This document shows positions 45,585 through 59,124 of a DNA stretch of 64,000 nt, in pieces. The stretch lies in the NCBI GenBank assembly GCA_964106645.2, contig OZ067046.1; one strand, 5' to 3'. Position numbers and translations under genes: made by a program. The notes beneath the pieces were generated by a model. It was given only the letters and a program-made list of their open reading frames with translations. It was not told the DNA's origin and made no database searches. Within the stretch, counting starts at the first letter, position 1; each line of letters begins with the position of its first letter. This stretch comes from Podarcis pityusensis (lineage: Eukaryota).

Positions 45585-48500
45585 CATGGAGGCTCTTGCT
45601 TCCAGGAGCAATGCAGAGGGGTAGCTGCTCCGTTAACAGTTGCCCTGGTGTTAGAGAAAGAAGCCTACAGACTTTGTGAAGTACAGTACTGAATATTCTT
45701 CTAACCGCTTGGAATGTGTGTGCTGAGGAAAACAAAGCAAAATGCTGTTGGAGGTATATTAGGTATAAATCTGCAAAAAAAATGACGGGGACAGGGACAT
45801 GGCTGCCTTTGAGAGGAACCTAGTTACTCTGGTTTCTGTGTTTTGTTTTTCCTTCAAAGGCATGCACTGCCATCAGTTAACTTGTCCAGATCAAGTCTCA
45901 AAATGTTCAGTGGACTAAATAGGGCACTTAAATATCTTGATGTTTTTAGCAATTTTCTCAGATTAAGTGTTACAATGGACATGCTGTCATGACAGCAGTT
46001 GGGTTTTGTTTTTTTTTAATTGTTTGCCTGCAATTATGCTCCAAAAGGAAGTTAATTTTTTCACATTTTGGGACAGTAAATATTTTCAAAATATTGTGTG
46101 GAATCAGTCTTCATTGTACAGATACTGTAAAATACTATGTATATGTCTGGATAAAAGGTGAGAGAGCAGAATATTTTATATGATGCATGAAACTGTTTTG
46201 AATATGTTTCCCCCCTACATTTTCACACAATGCTCAGATTACTATTTTCATCCGTTTATACTTGTTTGTCTTCTACATCATGCTCCATCATTTATTCTCA
46301 CCTGTATTGTGGGCACAAGTCTTCTGTTTGTGCTTTATGTCTGATTGTCGGAGTTAGTTCAATGAGGTAATATAGTGTGCTGGTTTGTGGAAGTTTTGCA
46401 GTTAAATTATTGATGAAACTCTTTGAACTTGTGGGGGGTTCAAGGCATTAAGATTCTTATATATCATTTGTCATTTCATAAATACTCAAATTTTTTTCTT
46501 TGGGGAAAAAATAGGAATTTGCACTGCTCTATTGTGGATGGTTTGGAATTTTACTCCCCCAAAGCTATCTTTTGATATAATACATAGTTGGAAATATTTA
46601 TGTAAAAAAAAATAAGGTTTAAAAATATGAAAGTAATTTTCAAGAATGTCTCAAATATAGGAGTAATTTGCACAGAAAAATATATTTGAATTTAATAATT
46701 GTAGGCACTTTTTAACCTCTGTGGTGAGAAATACAACTTCTCAGAATTTGTTGGAATCTTTTTATTCTTCTTTGAACATTTTGACCTTCATTTAATCAGA
46801 AATGATTCAGGGTCATTTGAAAAAACAAAAACAAAAAACCCCCATAGTGCCTTGATTTTGATTCAGGTGATAGTGTTAAACATCTCTAATTACATTATAT
46901 GGAATTTGTGACCATTTTTGAAGTCTTAGTACATTGTTAACAAAGCATCCTTCATAGCTGTTTCTCCACTGTATTTGTGTATATATATATAGAGAGAGAG
47001 AATAATACAAATTGGGGTATGAAGTTCTGAATTTTTGGCACACCCCTTTTTAACCATACATCATGTAATGACTTACTTTTGAAGTATTCGTTTACCAAGA
47101 AATTAAGTTCTTTTAAATGATAGCAAAACAGAATTGCATAGTAATCAAGTATAATCACTTTGTAAGGTGGCTCAAATTCAAATTTACTGAAATTTAATGG
47201 GAAAATAGATTAAAGATCATGAGGGCCACAGCTTCCAAAAGGGATATTGATGCACTAAGACTTCAGATGGCAAGTTCACTTAATAAAGTTAATAAAAAGA
47301 TTCAACTGAAATTCTGTACAGTTTTAAAAGTAAACACTGAGTAGATTTTATGGTACTAGGTTTAAAATCCACATCTGCAGAGCAAAATATGTTTTTAATA
47401 CAAAGATAGATTGGTTAGTTCAAAGAAGAAGAATCTGATTGTAATGAAGGAATATCAGAGTCAAGAAAGATGGAGTATTATAGAGGAGCTTTATTAATGT
47501 AACCAAAGTATGGCGAGATGCTAAGAATGTAACGCTGGGTTAGCAAAGCCAACACCATAGTAGCAAATGATAGCAGAATTTTATCTTTGAAACTAACTCT
47601 TAAAGAGTCGTTTTCATTGCCATAGTCTTGCATGATCCTCCCGTGACACACCACAATCAGTAGTCTAACAGTAGAACCATAATATCAGGAGTCAAAGTTT
47701 TAAGAAATAAAGAACCAAAGAATTGGACTAGTTTCTGTTCCCTCTTGGCAGCGACTGGAAACCAGTAGGTCACTTGTCTAGGAAATCTCCTAGCTATATT
47801 CTTTAAAGGGACTTTATGGCATTCCCTAAACTAGTCTCAAAGAAATGCACATTGTGGGAAAGTAGTCGCATTAACTTAATTGCAGATAGCTTTTGTCTTG
47901 CCATACCAGTGCTGCTTGTAATTCCAAATTAGGCTGTGTTGATCAAAGGTCCATGCTTTAATGGCATTGTTTTAGTGAATAGGCATCCTCTTGGGCTTTA
48001 AGCTATTTACAACAGAAACAACAATAATAGCAGTGAATGAGAAAATCAGGGGAGCTTTCATTGTGCTCACAGAACAGGACAGCAAGGCTTTTGTATATGG
48101 AGCTACTGGGAGTGCAGAGCATAATCACTGGACTTTTTTATTTGATACCAACCTCTTTTTGACTGTTCCTTGGGGGGAAATGCCGCTCGTGGTAGAAGTG
48201 AAGTTTCTGTAATGAGACTTCCGGGAGGTTGCTGTGAAAGTTAGATAGCGGAGAAATGGCGAGAAACTAGAAACCGATGGCTAAAGTTTTAAGAAACAGG
48301 ACTTAACGACCACACCTTGGGCAGTCTTAACTGAAAGAGGCCAGAAACAAAAACCTTGAGGGGAAGGATTTCTTTCAGCCGTGATGCTTTTTCTCTGGTG
48401 TTGCTGGTTACTCAGAAATGTTCGATATCATTTCCCACTTACCGTATTTTTTGCTCACTTTTTCCCTCCTAAAAAGTAAGGGGAAATGTGTGTGCGTCTT

Positions 48501-50895
48501 ATGGAGCGAATGCAGGCTGCGCAGCTATCCCAGAAGCCAGAACAGCAAGAGGGATTGCTGCTCTCACTGCGCAGCGATCCCTCTTGCTGTTCTGGCTTCT
48601 GAGATTCAGAATATTTTTTTTCTTGTTTTCCTCCTCCAAAAACTAGGTGCGCCTTGTGGTCTGGTGCGTCTTAATAGAGCGAAAAATACGGTAAATAACG
48701 GGGAGATGGCTTGTGCTAATGCTGCTTTCTAATGGCTGGTCTTAGCCCAGTAGTTGCTGTCGGACTGAGTACTCTGCCATCTTGAATTCAATGTGGCCAA
48801 ATGTCTCAGCTTGGGAAGAAAGGGTGGGTGGGCATGGGGACTGGTAAGTGAATGTTGTGCTAATGAAATAGCACTAACACAACCACACCGTAACCAGCAC
48901 TTAAGTATGACAGAGTGCTGCTGAAAAAGAGAAAATGCAGTTTAGGGTTGCTTACATTGGGGGAGGGGGCAAGGGAAGACGATTTAAAAATGGGTCTCTA
49001 GAGGGAATTGTATAAATATTTTTATATTATATTTAATATATATACTATATTTGTACACATATTAAAAGATTATAGTCTGAGCTCTCCATATGCCTTCCAT
49101 TACTTTTACCTAGAAGTTTACTGGCTGGGGCTGGGGCTCCAGTGTATCACAAAACTTCTGCAGGCTGCTTGCCTGCTGCCAACTGACAACAAAAAATGAC
49201 CCAACAACCAGATTAACAAGTACAAAGCTGTTGGTCATCCTAATTCAGTTAGATGCTTAAGGCCATATATGATCAGTAAGCCCCTGGGGTTCCCAATAGG
49301 AAGGGTAACAACAGTTTTGAGCAGGGGGAGGAATGTTGTCACTGGCCTTTGCACTGTTCTGGCCGAGAGCAGCCCCGAAGTGTGTTTATGTTGTTGGACC
49401 TTGAAAGACCGGCAAGTCAAATCTGTTTGTTTGTTTCTCTGAAGTGCCATGCTCTTATCCTCTCCAAGGTGGGTCGCCCTTGTTTCATACTTGAGTATCC
49501 TATTGAATTAGGGTAGAAAGATGTGTGCAGATGAAAGCACTTTATTGAGGGGGGTGGGGGGCCTCATTCGGAATACAGTTTATTATTTTTAGGCAATGGA
49601 ACTGTTCACAATGGGGGGGGGGTGTCCAAAGGAATCGGAATGTAGACTATTGTCAAAAAGAGGCATTGCTGGAAAATGTTTCTCAATATGGGGATCCTTT
49701 GAGACTCTGAACACAAGCTTATGCAGGCATCTGATACTGGATGGTTTTGTGGGAAACGGATAAATCTACACACTTAAGCTCTTTGAAGAGCTGTTTTTTT
49801 TTAAAAAAAATAATGTTGCACAATTGTCGGAGAGATATCAACAGGAGGCTTGTTAGAGCCTTTAAAATGATTCTAAGTGGTCCTTAGGATTAAAATGTGT
49901 AGAGGGTTTACAGATGTGGCCTTCAGTAGACTGCTTCAGTCACAATTATAGAATAGTTTGTATTTTTAGAGAGAACAGGTTTTTTTGTGTGTGGGCTTTA
50001 TTTTTTTAACGTTATGGTGTCATGTGCTGTCTGCATGTGTGTCAAACGCATAAATCGTCTCCATTGGAAATTTCTTGCTGAAACATTGTATGTGGTGGGA
50101 AGAGCGGCTTGGCAGGAGCAGCTTGGATTTCAAAGGGAGGAAAAGTTTTTATTTTTCTTTCCTTTCTCCCCCTTACCAGTAAAAAGCATTGGAGACATTT
50201 TTTAGTGAACCGAAGTATATAGAGATGTCTGAAAATGAATGTTGATTGGCTCATAAATAAATGAGGCAAGCGTCGAAATAAGATTTTTTAAAATTTAATT
50301 TGGTTGTTTATGAAACTGGGTAGTTTATTTGTCAATATATATTTTTTTAACACTACATTCCTCTGTCTTTTAATAAACAAGTACTTTACAGTCAGTGTTG
50401 CTATGCTTCATGCTTTTTCATCTGCATGGGTGTTGCCAGCAGCATGATAGGCTATATTGCTTAAAGATATTGTATCTACCAGTAATACACACAAGCAAAA
50501 CAAAACACTGTGTATGAACAAAATACTGTGTTGCCTGATCTACAGATCCCAGCTCTGACCGAGAGGTGCTGCACTAGTAGACAATCAAAATCTAGGGAAG
50601 ACTTTGGGAGGGGGAAGGGATGTTCTTAAAGATACAGCTGCTTTGAAAGTGTTTTTTATTCTTAAAAGGAGTATTTATTTTTAAAATTGTCTAATTGGAT
50701 ACTTTTCAGTGTTGATTTCACATTGTCTTGGTTTTGCATTAAAAAAAAATGGCATTAGATTTGTATATGTAGAACAACCTGTGCAATTTTCATGATCTAA
50801 CTTCAGGAAAATGTAGATATGGTTCCCTAGTGTTCATGTGACCATTACCAAGTGTCAGTTTTTAACTGAATAAATATAACATTTGAAATTTCTGC
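45585..50895 (+). other. CLOCK: Probable long CLOCK 3'UTR
   Basis: AT-rich and poor in transposons. AATAAA at 50372-50377 and 50869-50874, the latter followed by a T/GT-rich tract. The end point is inferred. Confidence 0.55.
48442..48691. mobile_element. Tc1/mariner-type MITE in the CLOCK 3'UTR (termini related to the 19399 element)
   Basis: TA|CCGTATTTTTTGCTC ... GAGCGAAAAATACGG|TA; shares GGGGAAATGTGTGTGCGTCYTATGGAGCGAATGCAGGCT with the 19399 element. Confidence 0.85.
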
Positions 50896-51114
50896 TTCTT
50901 GTAGCCTTAAGGTCCTGGTTTGAATTCATTTCTATGTCTTGGCTGCTGCTTTGTTGGTATTGTTCCATCTGGCGCTACTTTCCCTCAGTAACTGTAGCTC
51001 CAAATAAGGACCGATGTCAGGAGTGGGGTACAAGAGGCATCAAATACCGTGGGTTTGGTGATTCTGTACCTTCAGTGAATCTACACTGGTCCTGCCGGCC
51101 TCTTTGAACTAGTA

Positions 51115-51252
51115 CATGGTGGGGAATCTTTTACCCGCAAGATGTTGCAGAACTACAACTCCCATCAGCAACAGCAAGCACGGCCAATGTCCAAGGATAG
51201 TGGGAGTTATAGTCAAGCAATATCTGGAAGGCCAAATATTCAACACCCCTTG
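51115..51252. mobile_element. Degraded hAT-type MITE
   Basis: AGATGTTGCAGAACTACAACTCCCATCAGC...GTGGGAGTTATAGTC...ATCTGGAAGGCCA palindromic core. Confidence 0.6.
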
Positions 51253-53669
51253 GACTAGAGCTGAGCAGCTCCAGTTCAGTCTGCCTAGCACTCAAGGTAC
51301 TTCTAGGCAGCATTTTCTAATTTAAGCCTCTTCCAATATATCCAGATATGCTCATGGAAGTGTTTAAGAATGCCCACAATCTTCTGTAGCTACCCTCGAT
51401 CTTCATTTAGGAATGAACAAAAATAGTTCCTAAAGAGGAAGTTGCTTCTCAATGTTCTGGGCATTTTTAAAATCCTATGCAGGGGATGCATTTCAAACAA
51501 GCTAAATGAAGTATGTTTTGATAATATGAACAAATGGCTTTCAAACTTCCTTTTGTGGAATCTTTTCCACAATCACGCTGGCGTCCTTTTTGTACATGTC
51601 TCCCGACAACCCCGTCCTCCCAAGTGTTTGAACTCCAGAGTTACATTCTAGGATGCCATTATTTTAGTTCAGACCAAGAGGCATCTTACGGACACTCCAT
51701 GAAAAGTTAAAATGCATGCCTCTGAATACATCAAACGTGCCACTGTGGCTTTACATTGCAGGTAAAAATCAGCAAAGCAAAGGATGCCTGTCTGCCATCA
51801 CTCAAATAAATGGAATGCCAGGTTAAACCTTTGCTCTAGCAGCCTCTCATGTTGAAAACTAGCAACGGTGGCTACATTGCAAATTGCAGCTAAGTCTTTG
51901 TCCTAGGTCAGGTGTAGGGAGACTGTGGTCCTCCGGGTGTTGCTGTCATCCCAGCTGGGGCTTTTAAGAATTGGAATCCATCATCATCTGGAGGTTGCAG
52001 CAATTTCAAAGTGCACACAACTTAATAATTGTTTTAGACATCAATTCTGTCCTTGAAGCAGCAAAAACTTTTATTCAGGAACAGCAGCTGAACTTCTAGT
52101 CTGAGAGAGGTACTTCCCACTTAAGACAGAGAGGTGCCCACACTAGCCGCTCCTTGAGAGCTGCCAGGAATGTGTCACTGAACTAGGACACACCTCAAGA
52201 GAATGCTGCCACTAGACTGAAAAAGGTCAACATCCATGGAATAGAGAGAGCAGACAGCTATTCTTAAAATTTAGACGCTTTTGGCCCGTGGGCTAAATTT
52301 CTGTACTGCTTTGGAGAACCATAGGAATAGAAACAAGAATAATCAAGTCACCTTTATACAGTTTATTGTTTCAAGTAATCTTTCCATCCTGATAAAATAT
52401 TACTTACAGTAATTCTTAAGTCTTTGGCTATTTCATCTGGTCTTCTAGCTAGCTGATGTAAAACGTGTGCTTGAACCTCTCTCATTTAAGGGCTAAGACT
52501 ACCTCTGGATGATGCTTTGTTTCCTAATTCTGCAATAATTTCCTCATACTTCATATGTAAGCACAAATTTACTATTCCAGACATGATGCTTATATATGAA
52601 GAATGGAGAACTACTGCACTTTCTCAGTACCCAGAGATATTTATATTGTCTTCACAGCAGTCTGTCAAAGACACAGTATTAGACGACTGAAACTCCTCAA
52701 ACGATCTGCTTAAGAATCATTACAGAAATGACTGAATGATTTAAACACAGTAGCAACCACAAGGAATCACAGAAATATTTGTCCAGACTAGACACTGAAT
52801 GTAGCCAAAATGCTTGCCTGTAGGATAAAAGTGCCCCCCCAACCAAGTAGAAATACTACACAATAACTTCCTCTGAATTAAGCTAAGCAGTCAAAGCAAC
52901 TACATTTCTAAAACAGAAGACACCTAAATTTATTCATGTTCTCCCTGTTTACCTTTTTAATTTCTAAAAGAAAAACAATCAACACCTTAGTAAGTACTTT
53001 AATCTGAAAAAGCAGTGAATGTTTAGTATAAATACAAGAAAAAGAGGAATTTTATTTGGTTACTATCTGGCTAGATTGTGTACTTGAATACATTTGAATT
53101 CTGAATCAGCATACTTGATACCAAAACATTCTGATTTTTCTACAATTCAGTTACAAACTGAATTCACAAATCCTTGAGGAAGTGAGTTAGTCCTAAGTGC
53201 AGATTTCAGATTTCCTGGTATTCATTATTGATTGTGGAACGGTGTACTTGGGCTGCAAGGTCGGAGGCAAAAGGTTCTCCGCAATACTTTGTACTAGACA
53301 CTTGGTAAGGCATAACTGCAAGCCAAAGGCAGCAGCAATTCGTCCAGAATGGGGATCTTTCGGCAATGGCTAGTGATGATCCGCAGATGAAGTAGCAAAC
53401 CTCATAAAATTTCAGAAGGTGGATCTCAGTTTACCTGAGTCAGCTACAGTAAGCAAACATATTATTCGTGTCCCAAATATATAGACTATGCATGTTCTCC
53501 AGCACAGATTGTGTCCACAAAGTATACCAAACTAAACGTTACTATAAAAGTTACAGCATCCCATCTTCAGTGCTTGTTTCACTAATAGCTGTACACTATA
53601 TACAGGAATACAAGGGTAGGTTTGTTGATCCTAATTCTTGCTCTTTCAAGGAAAGGGGGAAATCTCTTG

Positions 53670-53746
53670 TTAAAAACCAGCATCTGGGCTTATAAATAGT
53701 GCAGAAAATGCAAATGCTAAGAAAACAATGCCTCCTATGATTGTCA
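53670..53746 (-). CDS. TMEM165: TMEM165 terminal coding exon
   Basis: (TC)n tract + acag|; VTIIGGIVFLAFAFSALFISPDAGF*; TAA at 53672-53670. Confidence 0.96.
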
Positions 53747-56700
53747 CTGTAAGAGAGAGAGAGAGAGAAAAGATGGTGATTAGATCAGAAGGACAAAGTT
53801 CACTCTGTATCTAATGGCTCTCTTTCATCCCATAAACAACTTACAGCACCCATTTGCCTTAAAGCACTGATGCACCCATTAAGCTGTTTCTGGCTCTTGC
53901 AGAATTGTGACAAGTTCTTCTCTTTCACTGCCCTCCGCCAAGGGACGCCACATGGCCCCTATACTGCACACACAATTCAAGCATGTTCAGACTCAAGAAG
54001 TCACAAGCATGCTTGTACGCAGACCAGCACGCTTTCTCACGAATGGAAGTACCCATGATGTGGTTCTCATGAAGCATGTTCTTAAAGATAAGCCTTTGGG
54101 CTCACACCAGGGAGCAAAACCAGCAGAAAGGAGAAATTGACTTCTGACAGTGCGGCTTTTCATTTTCTTGAAAAGCGAACACACTTTTTTCTAGCGGGCA
54201 GTAAACATGACAAAGAGGTAGGGCAGCTGATGTCCTAACATCAAGGTGGAACTGGTGGAAAGTGCCTCACACAGCCTGTGAGCTTCTAGAGAATGGGAAA
54301 TTTGGCCCTACCCAACTCAGTTTGGGTTTTATAGCCTTGTCTTTTAGAGATTAAACCAACGGCCACTTAATAAAAGTATTATTGTATGGCTAATGATATG
54401 TGGCTCTATCTCCCTGTAGCTGCCACTCTGTACTTGCATAATGGAAACTGCCACTATTTTGTGAGGAGCCATTTAACACAAACTTCTTAAAAGGGAGAGG
54501 GCCACCCAGATCATATTTGAAGCAGCTGCTGGTGTAAACTTATTAAAATCTGTAACACCATTCAAGTAATAACAAGTTTTTTTTTCCAAAAAAGAGATAG
54601 GGTGCAGACACTAAAATTATAGTATCAGCAGCATGCAGGCTGCATATTGTCTGGTGCCTATGAGCACAAGAATGACTATAGCTGTCTTGAGTGTTCATGC
54701 AGGAAAAAACAGTTGTTTTGATGCAGCCCTCTAGCTCAAATGTAATTTGAACATAGCAACTCATTACATGCATTCAACACATCCCTCTCACTACTTTCAG
54801 CCCCTAATTAATCCAAGTTTGAAATTCCACTCGCTTTGCAATTATTAGGCAAATCAGCTTCCAATCAAGGGCTTACTTACCAGTCCGAACAGATATTTTT
54901 TGTGCTATCATTCTTCCTCCAATCACCGCTAGGCCAGTACATAAGCTATGGCCAACTGTTCCACCTACTGCCACACCATAGGGATCCTGTACAAATACGC
55001 ACGGTCAATTTTCAATGCAGTTTAAAAGCTACAGCTCTCTACAGCACCTTATCAAGGAGGTATTTATGCATTCAAAGGGCTTGATCAGACAAAGCCACAT
55101 TAAGAGAAGATTGTCAACCACTTCAAAAGTTGGGGTTAATGACCAGGGTGATTTTATTGGGCAGCTGTTTCCTGGGATAAAAGCAAAAAAGTGTGACCCT
55201 TTCCAGTTACTGCCAATACAACACTCACCCCCTCATTAAATGAGAATTGTTTTTTCCAACTCATTTAAATTCCCACTTCTGTTTAAAGGATAGAATAATG
55301 ATAATGCTTAAGCAGTGGTGGCTCATCTCCAGTTTAGGGGCCTGATACAGCACCTAGGAAATTTTTTTCTCTCTGGTCCCATGAGCTCCTACCAATTTTG
55401 CTGGTGGAAGCAAAAAGGAAAAGAAAAAAGGTAGCCACAGTGTTAGCCTTCCTCCTCAGCTGATTTGCACAGATCAGCAGAGGAGGGGAGCTGTGTGCCT
55501 TTGTGTGTCCCATGAGATAGAGGATGAACCTGTACAGGGTGTCCAGACCAACTTTGAGCTACATCCATGACTGGAATGTGGCATATATAATGACTGTTTC
55601 AGAGGCTACTGTCTAAAATCAATCTCGGATTATTTAGCCTTTGGACAAACTTTCGACCCCATGCTACTTTATAATGCCTGAAAATATAAATACAGATACA
55701 TTAATATGTGTGCCTGCACCTAAGGCAGCAATCCCATGCCCGCTTACCCGGGAGGAAGTCTCACCAACTCAAGGGGACTTGTTTCCAAATAAGACAGGAA
55801 GCAGCCCAAAGAGCTCACTTTGTCTAGCATTTGCTGTACGCCAAAGGACGCTGCCAAAAGTATACCTCTGGAGGAGATGTGCATCCTGCTCTAAATCTAA
55901 ATCCCCTGGGCCCAATACTACAGGAGGAAAGGGGGTGTGTGGAGAAAGAGAGCAGGCAGACTCAAGTACACCAGCCATTTGCAGCAGCAAAGGAAGAAAG
56001 TCTATAAGCACACACACAGCCTGCCCCTTGCATATAGAATACTTCTATCACACGTAGGCTCCCTGACTGGGCACATGCTCCTTTGATTGCAATAATGGCT
56101 ACAGGATGCAATGGGTATTTGCCTAAGTACCCCTTCTCCTCTGGTTGAATGAAGAGAAGCAGCACAGAGAACAAATCCCACTAGCAAACCTTCATCATTG
56201 TGCTCCTTCTCTATAAGCCACGTGCTACTGCTGCAACTCCTGAATGAGTTTACTGAGCAGCAGGTGTGGCAGTGCACACTTTGAACAGTTTAAAGGATGC
56301 TTTCTCTTGAGCAAATTCATGTAGCCACAATATGAAGCGAGACATTTTCACCTGTTCCGTCACTACCAGGTTCTGCTCCCCACTGCCCTTCTAAATGTAT
56401 TTTATTTAGTAAGCTTAGCAGTTTTACCCCACTAAAAACAAGTTCTCGGAGACAGCCTCCCCCAACCTGGTGCCAAACCAATGGATTCAAGTTACAAGAA
56501 AGGAGATTCCAACTAAACTTCAGGAATAACTTTCTGGCAATAAGAGCTGTTGGGGGCCCCATCTGTCATGGATGCTTTTATTGAGATTCCTGCACCGCAG
56601 AGGGTTGGACTAGATGACCCCTCGGATCCCTTCCAACTCTACAATTCTATGGTTCTATTATTAGTTCTTGAGAATGTTGCTCTTTGATTAGATACATCCT

Positions 56701-59124
56701 ATGCATTTCACTCACCTCTCTTGCTGCAAGAACTATTGTGGTTAACTGAGAGCGGTCGCCCCATTCGGCTAAGAACGTTAAAGTAAAAGCTTGCACAAAA
56801 ATTGGAGAGATAAAGTGCAGCCATTTTCTTTGAGGTATAGCAGGGCCTGTTCCCATTTCCACATCTCCAGGTCCATTTAATAGTTTTGTTCTCTGGAGCT
56901 AGAAGCAAAAGGCGGATGTTAGAAAAGAATAGGAGCTAACTCGCTCCTACGTATAAGTAAGGAGCTACGTGTAAGTAGCACATACATCAATTATCAGAAC
57001 ACTAAAATTTTTTACATATAACTCATATGGCAGCATTTATCACAAAGACTTAGTCAATTCAGTTCACCCAGAATCTATTGGAAAGGCCTAGTGACTAATA
57101 TATATTAGCAATTTGGGTGAATAAATATTAACAATTAAGTCAGAACCAGTATAGTTCTCCTATGACTATTCTGAGATGGTAATGAGTTTAAAATGAGAGC
57201 TAAAGCAGAATGCCAAATCTATTTCGTACTAGCGATTTCAGAAATGATTAATAAAGCACAACAATTCTGATAATGTTTACTGTTTGAAGTTCTGCACTTA
57301 TATACCAACAATAATAATAATGAAAATATCCTGAAATGAGGAGATGTTATCTAAACAACTTAACAAAACTTCTGGCTCTTAGAATACAAAAACTGTATTG
57401 AAACCAAGCCAGAAGTAACCATTGAAGGACTGTACAATATATAGCACAATAACCTACTAATAGGTTCTCACCACCAAAACTAAGAACATACAACCTATAG
57501 AGGTTAGTAGAACAATCTCAGTTAAAATACTTCAATTTCTTTCTTACTGAAATTTGTATCCAGGAGTTTTTCTTCTCTTGCTCTTGTAGCACAACTCTGT
57601 TTTAGTCAGCTGTTAAACATACTGCAGGAGGCAGAGGATATATTTTGCTACATCATGCAAGAGCTATATATCTGGTGTATCAATTCCATTTGGGAACAGG
57701 TGTAGCTAAATATCTGGCTACTTTCCCTAGACTTCCTGATTTCACAAAGATACTCTGCATGGTGTACACATGCTCTATATACTTCAACTTACTTCTTCAT
57801 CCTTCTTTTTGAGTTCTGCTTGAACTTCCTCCAGCTCTTCCTGACCCTCATCTGCACCCATCTTCAAGCCTTCCCGGAGCATTCGGATGCCAAAAATTGC
57901 AAAGAGTGCTGTCGACACGTAGTAGGTGTATACTCTGGGGATTACTGTGGTGGCATAGCCAAATAAAACTAGGAGTGGAAAAACAAAAACATTTCAGGCT
58001 ACCTGTGAAGTTGACTTTGCTCATTCCCTAAAGCTAATTCAGGTTGCAAGTTGGTTAACAGGAAATTAGATTCTCTACTAATTCAGGGAGCTCTTAATTT
58101 ATTTGGTCGGATGTATACCTCATTCCCAAAAAGGAGCCCAGGGCAGCTAACATCAAAAGATACAACATACTGAACCATTAAAACTACATTCCCATTCTAG
58201 GGCAATTCATGAAACTCGTCCAGAATACACCTTCCTTTAGGTCTAACTTGCCATCTTTCTGCCAGATTTGATGCAAAACATAAGGCATGAACCACTGTCT
58301 AGCAAGGCAGTATTTAAGAGTTGCTTTCTTCATGTACACAATCTATTTTTCAACCCATTTATATAAGAAGTTGCCTTGGTGAATTGGATTAAATGTCTTA
58401 TGTGAGTGGTTGTAGCAGGTCTCTAATTCCTTGGCCAGAAATATTTCCCATCCTTGCTACCCAAGACACTTTAACTCACACAATAGCTGACAGTAACATT
58501 GGCATGATTTTAGTTAAATAGAACACGTTAGCAAAAACACAATGGGGTGGATTCATGTCCACCGTTCCACAAATGAAAGGATTCCTTCCATTCATGAGAG
58601 TCAGTCAGATCCAGGGGAAGCTCCCATTTTGCAAACTGGATACAGATAGAGGGGTCCCCATCCCCGTCCCACACCCAGATCCCACCAGCCCCACTTCAGT
58701 TCCTATTGCCACATGTCATGCTGTTCTGAGGTTCCTCCAATTCTCTGGAGCATATTTTCGGAGGCAGCAGAGGAAGGGGAAATTCTTTTGTAGGACAGAA
58801 GACACAAAAGCAAGGCCTGACTGTCTTCTCCACATATATGTGTCACTGTTTGCAGTTTTCCTACATATGTTCCAGGACAGAGAAGCTACAGCACCCACCT
58901 GATAAACATGTCATCAACCCCAGGGCAAGCATAGCCCCAGCGAGCACTGTTAACCGGTTGTAACGCATTGCCATGATGGCTGCAATGAAGAAAGTTTTGT
59001 CGCCAAGTTCAGAGACAATGATGACCGATATAGCAGCCACGAATGCATGGATAAATCCCAGGTTCGTCTTATCCCCGGAGTCTTCACTAACAGAATGGAT
59101 GGGAGCCACTGGAGTAGGTCCTTT
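53670..59124 (-). CDS. TMEM165: Transmembrane protein 165 (GDT1/UPF0016 Golgi Mn2+/Ca2+ transporter), exons 2-6; exon 1 outside the window
   Basis: Exons 59124-58899, 57968-57793, 56898-56716, 54986-54881 and 53746-53670, all in phase. Signature motifs ELGDKT and EWGDRSQ; C-terminus VTIIGGIVFLAFAFSALFISPDAGF*. Confidence 0.97.
54881..54986 (-). CDS. TMEM165: TMEM165 exon 5 (106 nt)
   Basis: DPYGVAVGGTVGHSLCTGLAVIGGRMIAQKISVRT. Confidence 0.96.
56477..56658 (+). mobile_element. CR1 LINE 3' fragment with internal deletion
   Basis: CAATGGATTCAAGTTACAAG...GGACTAGATGACC...CCCTTCCAACTCTACAATTCTATGGTTCTAT. Confidence 0.85.
56716..56898 (-). CDS. TMEM165: TMEM165 exon 4 (183 nt)
   Basis: LQRTKLLNGPGDVEMGTGPAIPQRKWLHFISPIFVQAFTLTFLAEWGDRSQLTTIVLAARE. 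Confidence 0.96.
57793..57968 (-). CDS. TMEM165: TMEM165 exon 3 (176 nt)
   Basis: VLFGYATTVIPRVYTYYVSTALFAIFGIRMLREGLKMGADEGQEELEEVQAELKKKDEE. Confidence 0.96.
58899..59124 (-). CDS. TMEM165: TMEM165 exon 2 (226 nt)
   Basis: KGPTPVAP...NLGFIHAFVAAISVIIVSELGDKTFFIAAIMAMRYNRLTVLAGAMLALGLMTCLS. Confidence 0.96.

Noticed and set aside
53373-53438. C/D snoRNA-like GTGATGA...CTGA
   Set aside because: It is antisense to the TMEM165 3'UTR rather than intronic in a sense host, has a weak terminal stem, and has no recognisable guide.
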